Part shown: in pieces, positions 12,301 through 25,573 of the stretch
Position numbering within the stretch: position 1 is the stretch's first letter
How the letters are laid out: each line of letters starts with the position of its first letter
From: Klebsormidium nitens
Lineage: Eukaryota; Plantae; Klebsormidiophyceae
Reading direction: 5' to 3'
Length of the DNA: 64,000 bases
NCBI GenBank assembly: GCA_000708835.1
Contig: DF237229.1
Span: forward strand, 1 to 64,000
Notes under the pieces: generated by a model
Databases searched by the model: none
Seen by the model: the letters and a program-made list of their open reading frames with translations, nothing else
What the model was told of the DNA's origin: nothing
Position numbers and translations under genes: made by a program

Positions 12301-13345
12301 GGGCAGGATGACCAGCACGTCCAGCAGGAGGCCCCCCCGCGGGTGCGCGTAGTGCGCGGCCACTTTGCGCGGGTCCGTGACCAGCTCCCCGTTGCCGAGG
12401 CGCAGCGAAGAGCGCGAAACGTAGGCGAGGCGCGCCTGCAGGCCCATGTTGGCCAGGAAGAGCAGGTCCAGCAGCGAGCGCAGCACAGTGACCGCCACCG
12501 CAAAGCCAGCCTGAACGTAGACGCAGAGGCGGGCGGGGTCCACGCCGAGGAGGTAGTAGAACAGGGGGTCCACCGCCATGCCGGTGAGCAGGGACAGCAG
12601 GAACACGCGGTGCCACACCTGGGGTAAGGGGAAGAGTGACGGCAGGTCACTGTCTGCTCAGGCAAGAGTTCATCAAGGGAAGGAATGCATGACCAAGGGC
12701 GCAGAAAGAAGGGGCCAGGCTGCAAGTCCTTGGGAAGTTAGCAGTGGGGCCAGAAGAATGCCCAGATCCAAAGCGAGTCATACATGCCCATTTGAGTCCT
12801 TCTTCTGAGCGCACAAGCTTGACCCTCATTGTCTGCCCAAATTGCATCATTAAGGCCTGTTTAGATGGTTTCATCAAAAATTCTCATACGGTTGCTGAAC
12901 GGGGATAACCTGATCCAAACTCAGGCCCCAACTACAAATTTTGCTCGCTGAGGATTGCAGCTTTGTGTTCGATGAAAGCATCGAACTTTTTCTGTCAAGA
13001 AGCGGGGCCAAAGTTCGGGCGACGTGTCCCCCTGTCATAGAACGAGCAACTCACCTTGACCGGTCTTGAATGCGGGTTCAACACGGACGTAAACCACAAC
13101 CACCTGCGCTTGCCCCTCCTGCCCCGTCTCCCACCGTCCTCACCCGACCGCGCCTCCCCATCAGAGTCGGGATACATGTCATTGTAATTCCGCCACTCAG
13201 TGGCGCCTGCCTCCAGGTCCAGCCCATGTCGTCCGCGCACCAGCGACACCGCACTCCCTGTGCTGCGCCCACTCTCGTTACGGTCATACGTCCTGCAGGC
13301 AGCAGAAATGCGACCACTTTCAGCGACTTGCCAGGAGCTCCACAT
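9316..13345 (-). CDS. CNGC: Plant-type cyclic nucleotide-gated ion channel, CNGC2/CNGC4 (group IVb)-like
   Basis: Exon peptides include VLNPHSRPVK|VWHRVFLLSLLTGMAVDPLFYY, TM segments, pore EKILFPFFWGLMTLS and C-linker WWMSRRQLP...YERQRWAATRGIDEE. CNBD is RVPLFAYMD...GSFTGEELLTW. IQ motif WAAVTIQLAWRRYK and C-terminal KLRMYTAMFISPKP are typical of group IVb. The start codon is uncertain (ATG 13345, 13177 or a further upstream exon). Confidence 0.93.
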
Positions 13346-14397
13346 TACAAAACAAAGTAGCCAACCAGTAGAAGCAACAGACTTCGAACCGTGCTGATCA
13401 ACACCTCAGCCACTTGCCGAAGCTGATCATTAAACCTGGAGCCCACCAAGCGTGCCCCCACCTGGTGGGAGCTGTCCTGCTTGCTTCTCCGCCTGCGAGC
13501 CCATGTGGCAGAGGAGGCCGCCCCGTTGACCACCGGGTGTCCTCCACCGCCTCAGGTCCCATGAGCGAGCTGTGCGACGCGCTGCGGATCCCCGAGTCTG
13601 CAAGCGCCGTGGCTGCTCATACGCGGGACCCCTTAGCCAGCAGCTCTGTGCGAGCACGCAGCATTCTTGACCACCACAAGTACTCCAAGCATCGCTGCCA
13701 TTGATTGCCTTGCCACCACGTGGAACTTTAAGACATGGCGACCCCTGCTGCCCCTGGCGACTGCGGTCACGAGTCACGACCCACAAAATCATTGAATGTC
13801 ACAAATCCGCATGCCTCGGCTAGCCAGCCGTCGCCTCACGCGAGCACATGGCCACGAGTCGATAACATAGTGTCAAGTCTTCGCGAGGGCTGTCAGTTCA
13901 AGGCATGATAATGACCGGGAATTGGCTTCTGACACCCGTTCAGAATTCATCTTCAATTGAATTGAGTTACCTAACTTCGATGAGAAGGGAGCACGCGCGC
14001 TGGAGAACACGGTGCATGGAACCTCTCCAGCCTTCAAACTTCAAAGTTCACACCTGAGGCTGAGGCGTGATTTTCATCGAGGCGGCTGCCTTCACAATTC
14101 AGAAGCAAAGCAAAGCTGCTGATCTCCCTTGTTGGGCGGCTCTTCACGAAGGGATCTGCCACCATCTACAGGGCAATTGGGCTTCGCGGGGTTTCCTTGC
14201 TCAAGCAAGAGGGAGTTGCAATCGCCTGATTGCCATTCTGTTCTCTGTTGATTGTCACGCGGTTCTTGTTGGAGGTTGGACACAACATTGACAAGGGCAG
14301 ATTGTTTGACTCGACTTGGTGTCAGAACGGGTGCACCCAGCCCTCTGATCGTTGCTCAAGCTCTTCACGAAGGGTTCTGTGAGAGGATCCAGCAGCA

Positions 14398-15257
14398 ATG
14401 CCGCAGGTAAGTTCTTGAATGCTGTGGGTTTTCAGGCTGGCCCCCCCCGCTCAAAGTCCATGTAGTATGCCCACCGGTTGCAGAGTTTGCAAGCTGCCAG
14501 GGTGCAATGCAGAGGCATCCTGGTGCCCTCACAGAAATTGTGCTCCTAATTGCCAAAGAACCGCTGAAACTTTTTTACTAGGGACACAGGTCTGTATTGT
14601 CAGTCATGATTGGCAAGGTTTGATGTGCCCCATGCCTGCCTCAGCCTTGCTTGGTGCGCCTGGCCGTAACACCGCCTTCTGGAGAAAGACTTTCAAGTCC
14701 CCGCTTATTTGGTTGCCTCTCATCCTCCCAGACTGTGGAATTGAAAGTGGGCATGACTTGCGGGGGCTGCGTGGGTGCAGTCGAAAGAGTCCTCAAGAAG
14801 ACTGAAGGTAAGGCCCTCACGTGCCCTCCGTATGGTTGGTGGATTTTGATCACAACCGCCATGTCTACAACGAGCATGTCTCCAACAGCCATGCTTTTGA
14901 GGGGCGCTCCAAGTGATGTTTGGAAATTTTCCAGGCAGGGCCCACGGTCTGGAAAGTGACCGTGCCCCCAGACAAGCATCGGTTGCTTACATGCTGTTTC
15001 AGTTATGATCATTGACTTATCTCTGGTAGGACACTGCGCTCGAGTCAGCATGTGTCTATTCAGAGCACGCGAGCATCACTAATGGGCTTGTTACAAACCA
15101 TGCCGGAGTCCCTGGTCATGTTTCTTCGTCAGGGGTCCAGTCGTACAACGTGGATCTTCAACAACAGAAGGTGACGGTGGTCGGAGATCTGGACCCACAG
15201 ATGGTCCTAGAAAAGGTTGCAAAAACTGGAAAGCCGACAAGTTTTTGGACCAACTGA
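14398..15257 (+). CDS. ATX1: ATX1/CCH-type copper chaperone (HMA domain)
   Basis: Exons 14398-14406 (ATG CCG CAG|GTAAGT), 14732-14807 and 15133-15257 give [69 protein letters not shown]. Contains the MxCxxC metal site and the conserved KTGK. Confidence 0.93.
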
Positions 15258-16478
15258 GACTCTGTCAGAAGAGTTACCGAGAACCTCTTAGGTAAGTTGG
15301 TGTAGTTGTCGAAGTGTCTTCGGGTTTGGGGCCGTCGCATATGAGTTTGAGTCCTTGCTTACACCCCACACCCTTGCTAGGTCGTCACAATCTACCTGGA
15401 ATGTAATTGAAGAAAGCTGCTCCAAGTCTGATCAGCGCTTGTAAAGACTCAGATCCATGTTGTAGAGTATCAATCAAGAATGCTTAAAAAATTCTTGATC
15501 ACAGTCCTGCAACTGACCTTGAACTACCTTGAATCGAGAGTGGACTCGCAGCTTCAGGTCAGTTGAAGTTGCAAAAAACCCAGCGGCAAAGCCTCTGATT
15601 ACACAAGGGCTAGCTCAGCTCCTAAAGGAAGTTGCGGTTAGGGGCCCATGAGCCGGTACTTCAGGCTGCACATACATGAGCGTTTGATCTGGCACGCTCA
15701 GCGAATAAACAACTCTATGCAATGGGCGGGCCCCGTTTGGTGTGCAACCGTCGATCATTTGGATGACATGCAATTATTGAATTCATTCCACGTCAAATGG
15801 TGGCATGATCGAGGGCATCTCCCACGTAAGACTCAGATATACATCCGATATCAGTATCGAGAGTCAAGCAGTCACTACCGTCGATCGTGGTTGGGATATA
15901 AGATATTAGGTTAGACCTTCGATTCGGAAAGGCTGTAACTTAATTGAATTTCGTTGCAAGAGTAGCGGTTGATTACACGCCGGCCGTGCCGGTTCATATA
16001 CTAACATCCACGTTTGCCAACAGACAGAACAGAGACATCCATCCAATTTTGTCTGGGCGTGTATTCGTGTCCATGTAATCAACTTAATATGCATGATATG
16101 TATGGATGCAATCCAGCCTGCCGCGTGCAGCCCCCAGCAGGGGCTGTACAGTATCCGCGCCTCCATCACAGCATGGCGTGAAAGAGATCATGCACAGTTT
16201 CACACGTACGAATCGCGTGTTTAGTAGTATGCATGTTAAAGAAAGCGCATCTAAGCAATGCCCTGACCTTCGCATTAATATTAATGTGTACGTACAGGTA
16301 GTGCAAAGTACATCAAACTCAATCATCTCAACAGGGCAGCCGGCAAAATCTTTGACGGTCCATCATGAGTCCGATGGAAGAGCAAGTGAAGGAGTGAAGG
16401 CTTGGCTTTGAACCCTGCAAACCCGCAAGCGTGCACAGAGTTCCTCTCCCTCGCGGACTCCCCGCACCTGCTCCTCCG

Positions 16479-19400
16479 TCACAGCATGACAAGCCCCACT
16501 TGCCGTGGTTGCAACTCCTTGTTTAGCCGCCAGTTGTAGAGGTAGTAGTGCAGGAAGCCGTCGCCCGGCCCAAACTTGAGGTCCTTGAGGAAGGCCTCGT
16601 TGTGCTGGATGTCCAGCGCGTTGAAGACGTCGAAGTCGTCTTGCTTGGCCAGGATGAGGGCGTCCGTCATGAGCTGCTCCAGCGGCACGCTGGTGGCCAC
16701 GTTGTAGAACGAGTAGGCCGCCTTGAGCGTCGAGTGCTCCGGGTTGCCGATGATGGACGACGGCAGCGTGTAGAAGCTGCACAGGTCGCTCACGCGCCCG
16801 CCCTCGCCGCCAATCACGTAGCTGCTCACCACGCCCGCCGCGGGCAGCAGCAGGTGCGCGATCTCTTCCTCCGACAACACCGGCGCAATGGCGAATTGCT
16901 GCACCGCACAGGCCGGGCCGGCGGGTCAGGCTTGCTGGACAAAAGAGGGAGAGGGGCCCGCCTCTGCTCCGAGAACCCTTCCCCACCTCAAGACTAAACT
17001 GAGAGTTCGACAGGCAGGTCTCGTCAGGACTGCTCGCTCAGAGACGAGTACCGGACAGCGCCCAGCTGAGGCTTGCAGTCTCAAGTTGAAGTAGACGCCA
17101 TGTGATCAGGCGGACGTCCGTGAAGAAAGGAAGACAGGCCACACAGGACCTTTTCGCTCTTGACAAGAGAGCACAAGTCCGCTTTTTAGGCCTGTCCGCG
17201 CGCTAACCTGGAGGTAGGTGGTGACGAGCGCGGTGACGGCGGGGACGTCGGCGGGGTGCATGGGGCGGATGCCGGGCGAGAGGGGCTGCTCGGGCAGCTT
17301 GTAGAGCTTGATGGTGCGCGCCATGGTCATGTTGCGCGCGAGGCGGCTGAAGCCGACGTCGATGAGCTTCTTGGGGTTGAGGCTGCGGTGCCAGTAGCGG
17401 CACGTGGCCAGCGGCTTGGGCAGCACCACGCCCGCTGTGTACACCGCCTGCCAAGTGTCGCGCAGGTGCACGCGCCGCGTGATCTCGCGGATCAGCACCG
17501 GCGCCAGCCGCTTGCTGCGCAGCTTCTTGTGCACGCACAGAAAGTTGATCTCCGCCATGCGCACCACCGCAGACTGCACGCGGATGCGCGCAGGGACGCC
17601 TGGGGGGGAAGACAGCGGGACGGATTGGTTGGAGGACCACGAGACATGGTGAGGGATAAACTCGAAGACTCAACTTTCCCACGCCAACCGATCCGGTTGC
17701 CCTCCATGGATTCGAATACCGGAACGACCGAACGTTTTCCGAGCGCGGCAAAGATTGCCGCTCAAAGCTCGTGTACACAGTCATTGACGTGGCTTGTGGG
17801 CTCTTTGTGCGCAACCAGCTTGACTGCGTCAAGACGAAAACTACACGGATGCCGCTCCATTCCGAGTTGCATCCTGAAAGGAGATTCCAACATTCTCGTC
17901 TAATAGAGGGTTCTGCCGACACATGTAGTTCCCGGAAGTCTTCTGCCGAAGTTGCTAGTGACCACTTGCATAGAAGCCAGTTCGATAAACGGTGTGGTAC
18001 GAAGCGCATCCCACCCCGTCAGGCCCCATGTACGAGAGTCCACGTTCAGTCCCCGGTTCTGAGGGGGGGGTGCACTAACCTGAGATGAAGGCGACGAGCT
18101 TCTTGGAGGTTTTGGCGCGCACCCCGATGTGCCACTGCGAGGTGTAGCCCGGCAGCTTGAGCGCCCAGCGCAGAAACTCCTTGGAGTAGTCAAAGCGGAA
18201 CATGTTGTCGTCGTCCTCCACGTAGTTGTTGGTCAGCAGCGTGTACACCTCCACGATCTCCTGCACCGCACGAGAGAAACCACCAAGTCAGAGAAACACC
18301 CTCAGCTGGGGCTGACATATATCAACGAAAAGAGGGTACGGCCGCTTGCCGAGGATCATATGCCAATCCCTCAGAACAACCACTCCGGAGCACTAGTGTT
18401 TGGCATCACTTTACGTAATAGCTCAGAATGAAACCCAACCGCACTGGAAAAGGGAAGGAAGCGAACAAAACTTGGAGACAAAAGATCTGGGGACCTGCCA
18501 CAGCCTGCAACAATCAGAGTTGAACCCAGAGAAGCCCAAAAAGCACGAAAGAGTGGGCAGAAGGCGCAGGTCAAAAAGCCCTCAAAACCGGCTTTCTGGT
18601 CCTGTGACTTTCCTGAAACACAGACATCCTTTCCGTCCACGCCCCCTTGCCCTCACCTGGGCATCATTGACGTCGCAGGTGCACCACTCGTAGGCGCTGG
18701 GCAGCTTGTACGGCTCCTGCCGCACGTCCTCCACCTTCTGCGGCGGCTGGATGGCCCCCTCGGGCAGCTCCGGCGCACTGCGCTCTGCGCTGAACTGTGT
18801 CACCGGCTGCGTCTCCCAAAACGCGTGCGCCGCCTTGGCTGCGGCGTCCAGGTCCTTGTTGCTCGGCACCCCCCGCGCGCCCCGCATATCCGCATTCGCC
18901 AGCTGCACGCCACCTCGCACCATGAGTTAGGAATGCACCATCGCTCCGCTGCCCAAGCGCCTTGAGCTGGCGGACAGTGAACAGCACAAGTGTGCAAAAG
19001 CAATGAATCTGCTGGATTGCCTCATGACAGATGTCCCGCTCCTAAGATGCTTGCAACAGGGAGCGTCAGGCACCAAGGCCATGTAGCAAATTGCTGACAG
19101 CGGATTCCCCTAGGAAACTCAGAAAACCATTCACGATCCTCTGCACCCAGGCAATCGCAGCAGCTGAATGCATCCAGCCTCCCTCAGCAGTAGGAGTGTT
19201 GCATTTTAGGGTTCCAAATCCTTCTGCATAATCTTCTCTGGGCACTATCCAAATCACCTGCTTTGAAGCCTGATCGGACTCTTTCTCATGTTGTCAATAA
19301 AAGCAAGCTGGAAGCCAAGAGATCCAATGCTTTGGACAAACACCACCACTGCCCAGCTAGGCAACCTCACCGTCCGCGTCATCGCCTCCATCAGCTTGCC

Positions 19401-19655
19401 AATGTCCTTCTCCCTGTCCCCCTGCCCGTTGCTCCCTTCCCCCGCCAGGTCTGGCGGTGGTGGTGCCGCCTCTGCATCTGTGCCCTTGCCCGATGCCTTG
19501 CCCTTCTTCCCCTTCCCCTTGAGCCCCAGCTTTTCTTTCCACTTCTTCTTCTCGGCTGGCCCCTCCTGTGCTACCTGGCCAGCAGCCGCCTCTTCTGCCG
19601 CCCGCGCAGCGCCCCAGGGCACCGCACCCTCATTGCTTGGGCCCTCCGAGGCCAT
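16479..19655 (-). CDS. NMT1: Glycylpeptide N-tetradecanoyltransferase (N-myristoyltransferase)
   Basis: Conserved motifs [96 protein letters not shown] and terminal VGLVML. At least 5 exons. Lys-rich N-terminal extension. Confidence 0.96.
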
Positions 19656-20292
19656 CTTCGTAAGCAATACACTGAGTCACAACGTCTAAGCTGTGTGTAG
19701 CCGAGCACACTCGCTGCTCGAGCCCACCATAGGTTCTATATCAATGCATTGCCTCCTCAATCCACCAATTGCAGCAAGCAAGGCCGCACCCCTTCACGTC
19801 ACAGCTCAGCAAGCATAGCGGTAGCTGGAGCAATTATGAATCTGTTGAAGTGCTGCGTGCAGTGTCTTCCCAATTTACTGAAAATTAATTGCGTCTTTTA
19901 ATAATTCGTGATATTAAAGTCTTACTGCTCGGCAGCTTCTACCGTGGAACACAAACTGCCTTCTCAGACTCTCCGGCCTGATTTGTATATTCTGTACCTG
20001 GCTGCAGCAACAGCCGGGGAAACGCCACGGGGAATAGACTTCCTGTGATATCTAAGATATCTCTAAAAGTGAGGGATGAGCAGCAGCACTCTTTTTCCTG
20101 ATCATGTCCAACCTAGGACCAAAGCCTAAGGTAGTGAACTGTGAAGGCAACTGCAGGGCGGTCTGCTCGTGCTCAGTAGCGCAGCTTATTCCGTTGTTGG
20201 TTCCATCAGCTTCATTGCTAACAGCTTCTGTGTGGGGTGGTGCCAACTGTAGAGTCGTTTCTGAATCGATCGGTGGACGGGGCGGAGCCACC

Positions 20293-22145
20293 ATGGTAGG
20301 GCCAGTGCAGGGGGCGGATGCTGCGCCCAATCAGACGATCTATGTGTCAAACCTGAATGAAAAGATTAAAAAGGAGGGTAAGATTCTCCCGCGGATGCGC
20401 TAAGCATGCCCTGTACCATTTAGTTGAAATTGAATGAAGCAATCCTCGCAATGCATCTTATATTTGATGCGCTTAAGGAAATTTCTAGCTTTGCGGTTGT
20501 TGTGTTGGTTGTGAACAAGCATTCACGCACAGAGTCTCTTTTTTGTGGGCGCCTGCGGTAATGACTTCTTTGTGGCTGTGTGGGCGCCTTGCTCAGGACT
20601 CGTTGCTCATGTGCAGAAATGAAGAAGTCGCTGTACGCGGTCTTCTCCCAGTTTGGCAAGATTCTAGACATAGTGAATTTGAAGACCCTGAAGTTGCGAG
20701 GGCAGGCCTGGGTGGTGTTCGATGACATCACCGCAGCCACCAACGCACTCCGGCAGATGCAAGGTTTTCCCTTTTATGATAAGCCGATGGTGAGTCTCTC
20801 AAGCGCAGCGCTGAGCCAGGCGGTGTACTCTAGAAGCCAACCAGACATTGCACCGTGAACCTTGTCTTTAAGACGATTCAATGGTGTGAGCTCTTTGTTG
20901 TCGTTGAATGTTGGTTGCCAAAAGCAGATTTCCGGCAAGAGCAGCAAGGTTGCAGTGGCAGTAGAAAGGAGGTCCATGACAATTGATCGAAATCCTCTGA
21001 AAACTTGTTGACTTTGTATCACTGCCACCGCCACGCGCCTATTGGTGAACCTGTACAGATTGCCGGTAGAAAGTTGGCACGGTCTTGTTGCTCATGACAT
21101 TACACTCTGGCGTCCTTGCAGAAAATTGCATATGCGAAGACGAAGTCCGACGCAGTGTCAAAAGCCGATGGGACGTTCGTACCACGGGAGAAGAGAAAAG
21201 CAATCGAGGAACGAGGTGAGGCGGGGCATGGCGGCCAGCGTTCGTGCAGCCCCACTGCACGGTTGCCAAGCCTCAAAGCACATGTCTGAGCACTCAACGG
21301 ACACCTGACCTGCTGCATAAAATGAGTGCCATGTGCACTGCCCTCGAGTCCTCAAGTCGGATATGATCGAATCGGATTCCGACGAATCCCAAAAAAGTAA
21401 ATGATTGTTGTAGCAGCTTCACGCAGTGGCTCAGGTGACAGTCTTTCTTCTGTCCCATGTTGTCAAGGTGTATCGCTTAACAATATCCCCTGTGGTGCCT
21501 CTGTTATTCTTACAGAGAAGGAGAAGGCTCGCAAGCGTGCTGCTGCGGCGGGCCCCGTTCCTGCGGCTTTGCCCGGCCAGATGCCGGGGATGATGCCCGG
21601 CATGGTGCCGGGGATGGTGCCCCCCGCGTATGGCTACGGCATGCCCCCCCCGATGGCCGTCCCTGAGGCCCCGGCGCCCCCCAACAACCTGCTCTTCGTT
21701 GAGAACCTGCCGCTGGAGGCCAGCAAGCTGATGCTGTCCACGCTCTTCAACCAGTAAGCGCTCTCACTCAAGCTGCTGGGTTAGTTCGTAAAGTGATGCA
21801 GTGGTAGAGACAGAACTTTGCATGTTTTGTGGGATTCTCGTGAAGCCGTTTCTTTAGTGATTGAAGTAATTTGCAAGTAAAAAGGTGTAAATCACTGCAG
21901 GCAAGTCAATCAGGACAAGACGCGATTTGTGAATCAGTCTGTTGTGCCGAGACCCTGTTTCATTGGTATGTTCCTTCGTTTGCAGGTTCCCAGGCTTCAA
22001 GGAAGTTCGTATGATCGAGTCAAAGCCAGGTATCGCATTTGTCGAGTTTAGTGACGAGAATCAATCAACAGTGGCGATGTCCGGGCTGCAAGGGTACCGG
22101 ATCACGCCCACAAACCCCATGTTGATCACCTATGCGAAGAAGTAG
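20293..22145 (+). CDS. U1A/U2B''/SNF-family spliceosomal RRM protein
   Basis: RRM1 is [17 protein letters not shown]|[20 protein letters not shown]...[10 protein letters not shown]...[11 protein letters not shown]|[10 protein letters not shown]. An MPG-repeat linker follows. RRM2 is [12 protein letters not shown]...|[21 protein letters not shown]...ITYAKK. About 5 exons. U1A cannot be distinguished from U2B'' by eye. Confidence 0.95.
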
Positions 22146-23801
22146 GTGGCGGCATAGGGTGCGCGCTTGTTTTGGCTAGCCGTCCTTGCACCGTCAGTTC
22201 GTTGCCACACAAGATGGCGACCTGAGATGGAAGGCAAGCCCAACTGCGAACAGTACCTCTTAAGACTTCCCTCTTTCCAGGCTGCTCCAGCACTTTGCGG
22301 GCTGGTGCATCACTTGTATTCGCTGCTCTGGTGCCGCTGATGCTGTTACTGAAGAGCATTCACAGGCCAGTAAAGACACTGGCATGCATGCCATGATGGC
22401 AGGGTTCGTTCAATCCGAATCAATCATCAGCATAGAAATCACTTCAAGTGATTATGCACCGCAAGTGCTGTTTAGTACATTATCAGTAACTTAAGGTACT
22501 AAGAATTACTCAAGGCTTGTTTAAGATCCTTGGGGAGCCTTTTTAAGTTCATAGGTTACGCAGCGGCAATTGTCAGTAGGACGAAGTCTAAGTTTGGTGC
22601 GGTAAACATGCAACCGGCCGTACTGGTAACTATATATGTGATCTTGCATGCCATGAGGAAAGTATATGCAGATATCGATCATTGTATCAGCCCTAAGGTT
22701 TGCCAAATGTACTATACCTACATATGCGCGTTGGCCTGGCACGTACCGGCATATCACCGGCACATGCAGCTAGGCGCTAGCTGCCACACATGTTTGGCAT
22801 CATTGCAGTATATATTGCCACTGCGCACATGCATATTTGCCATGTGCATGCCATGTGCACCGCGTGCTCCCGCGACCCGGCCACCATCAATCGTCATGCA
22901 CCGGCCGCAGGCAAAAACGTGCCGCCAGCTAGCCATAGGTCTATGTACGCAGAATTAATTCAATTGAGTCAATTGTACCGTTCTAATTCGTATGACAATC
23001 ACTTGTTTGTTAACTTAGTTCAAATCAGCATGTTGAAGATAATTGATGATCAAGTGAAGCTTGACCATTGAATGAGTTGATTTTGAGGATACCTCTAATA
23101 TGCATCTCAATATATTGATTGTGAGGAAGTTACACCAGCTGACTCAACCTCAGTGAGCAGCTCTGGAAGCGCGATGTCACAGTGTTCTATCTACAGCGTC
23201 ATGGTTGCCAGTTAACCGATCCGGGCGGCTCGTTCAGGTGTACACCCACGGACGAAGCTCGATCCCCCTCTAGGGAACTAGACTAAATTGCTTCAGCCGC
23301 TTAACCAGGCAACAAAATGCCCATATTCAATTGCTCTCTACACTCACAAAACCTGTACGGGTACCCCACAGGTGGAAGGGGCCAAACAAGAAATGAGTGC
23401 TTGATGCATCAGGCACCAACTCAACTCCAATTATCTACGTCAAGAAGCTGCGAGGTATACCCACCTCATCTATGTTAAGCAATGGAGGTTGCTGCGGGCT
23501 CCAAGCAAAGCTCGGCAGATGCTCAGTGACGGACGCGATTATGGCGAACCCGCTCTAACGCCTGTCAGAATGTCAAATCTGACCGCCTAAAATGTCAATA
23601 GATTATCTCAACAAAGAGTCCTCTCTTCTCGTTTTCGGTGCTCGAAAATCAAGCTACCCCCCATCCCGCTGGCATGTATGTTGCCATAACCTTATGCTTT
23701 TAAGCACAAGCAAACATTTCGAGCGCCCTCCCCCCTTCCCATTTCCCCACATTCTCTCTTACGCCAGGCCCCGCCCCAATCCCCATACAAACTGCGGTTG
23801 T

Positions 23802-25573
23802 TCAGAGCCTGGCGGCGATGTGGTCGGCTGCCGGCACGAGCAGTGCGTCGTAGTGGGTGGAGCCGTTATAGAGCACCGCAATGGCGGCCTTGCCGTACTC
23901 CTGCCCGTACTCTGCGATGCTCAGGATGCCCGCGCCCGACGGGTCGGGAATATACACCGTGATGGGCTTCCTGGGCACACACACAAACAGCAGAGGGCGT
24001 TAGAAGGGCACCTAAGGATGGACGAAGGACGAGAAGCAGGGCCGCTGCCTGCGGACATTCAATGAAATACCAATGAAGAAGAATATGATATAGTTCAAAC
24101 ACGGCCGGAATTCAGTCATCGGAGCCGCTTGCCTCCAGCCGCTTGCCGCTCACCAATGTTCAATAGCACCCCACTTCAAGGAGGCCTGAAAAGAGGGCAA
24201 CTTTCACTCATGAGACTACAGAGCCAGGTGTGCCGATGCAAGCCAGCGCAGGAGAGTCGTCGGGGCCTCACTTGAGCGCATGAGACAGCATGAGCAGCTC
24301 TGGCTCGCCGCCCCAGACCCCGGGGTGGCGCATGCGGTGCACGTAGTGGTCGAAGTCGCCCTCAATGAACCACTCGCTCTCGTCACGCCGCCGCACCAAT
24401 TCGTCCAACGCCTGCACGCAGGGCATGCGACGGGAATAAGCGGGCTGCGAAACCATGTCTGAATGAGCTAAAAGGGAGGACCAAGAAAAGGGCATAGCAC
24501 GCCGCCCGCCTAAAGGGCGGACAGCCTAAGAAAACGGAGGATACTGGATCAGCCACCTCACCTTTCCGCCCATTCACCGATGAAAGAGACTATTCAGGTC
24601 GCTCTTTGAGGATTTCTACTTAACGGGGTTGTCCAGAAGACTCGAGAGCATTTGTGGAGACATAGTGTAACCAAGAAAAACAAAAATACACATTCTCTTT
24701 TTCCAAAAGGCAGTGGCAGACTTTAGAAATGAAAGCAGGCACAATACAGAACTCCTGCGGAATGCATGGAAGCATGACTGACCATGTTGCGAAGCTGGTC
24801 GGCCTGCTGCTCGTCACGCTCGCTGTCCTGCGCTCCCCTCTTCTCCTGCACGTTGTGCCCATACGCCACAGCGCGGAACAGGCATCGCCCATCGCCACGC
24901 ACGCCTGCAGCAGCAGCGACACCAAGACACCATAAGTAGGCCGCAACAGGAGCCCATCCGCCTCCTTAAAAGACGAAGTCCTCAATTCCAAGCAAAGATA
25001 TGCAAAGCAGGGGGAAAACAAATGAGAAAGAAAGTTGGAAACATCCGTGTTGCGGTTACCGACTCTATCAACTACGAAACCACTCGACTCAGATGCCATG
25101 CCAAGGGAAAAAAAAATTCCAAGTCTGTAACTGTCTTAGACTGCTCCTCTCCTCAACCGATTGCCTCTTTGCACCCTTGAGAATGTAGCCCTACTGCGCG
25201 GCTGCTTGTCCCACTCACCAATCCTCCGGTAGTTGGTCAGCACGTCCTTGGCATGGCACGTCGCAGCCCCCGCAGCCCCTGTCCTGCTCTCAGCGCACCA
25301 CTCGTCATCGACATCCCCCGAGTCCTCCCCTGTTCCTGGGGCCACCTCCGCAGTGGCCAGCCCCGTCGCACTTAACCCAAACAGTAACCACGCTCCCGGC
25401 CATGCGTTGCTTCCTACCCAAGAACCTGACCTCAACCCTGACCCGTCTGCACCGCCCCTAAGGCTGGAGGGCAGAAGCCGATGGCGGGACCGCGGGCGCA
25501 GACGAGGGCCCCCTTTGGTTGACTGTGTACAGAGGTTATATACAGGGCTGCCGGGGGCAGTCAGTGGGGACAC
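23802..25573 (-). CDS. OTU-domain deubiquitinase (plant OTU4-like)
   Basis: Catalytic GVRGDGRCLFRAVA in the exon starting near 24904, WGGEPELLMLSH, and C-terminal VLYNGSTHYDAL with the catalytic His. The true 5' end lies at or upstream of 25573 and was not resolved. Confidence 0.88.

Noticed and set aside
21585-21650. Short tandem ATGCC(C/G)GG repeats
   Set aside because: They encode the ordinary Met-Pro-Gly linker of U1A/U2B'' and are not a separate element.
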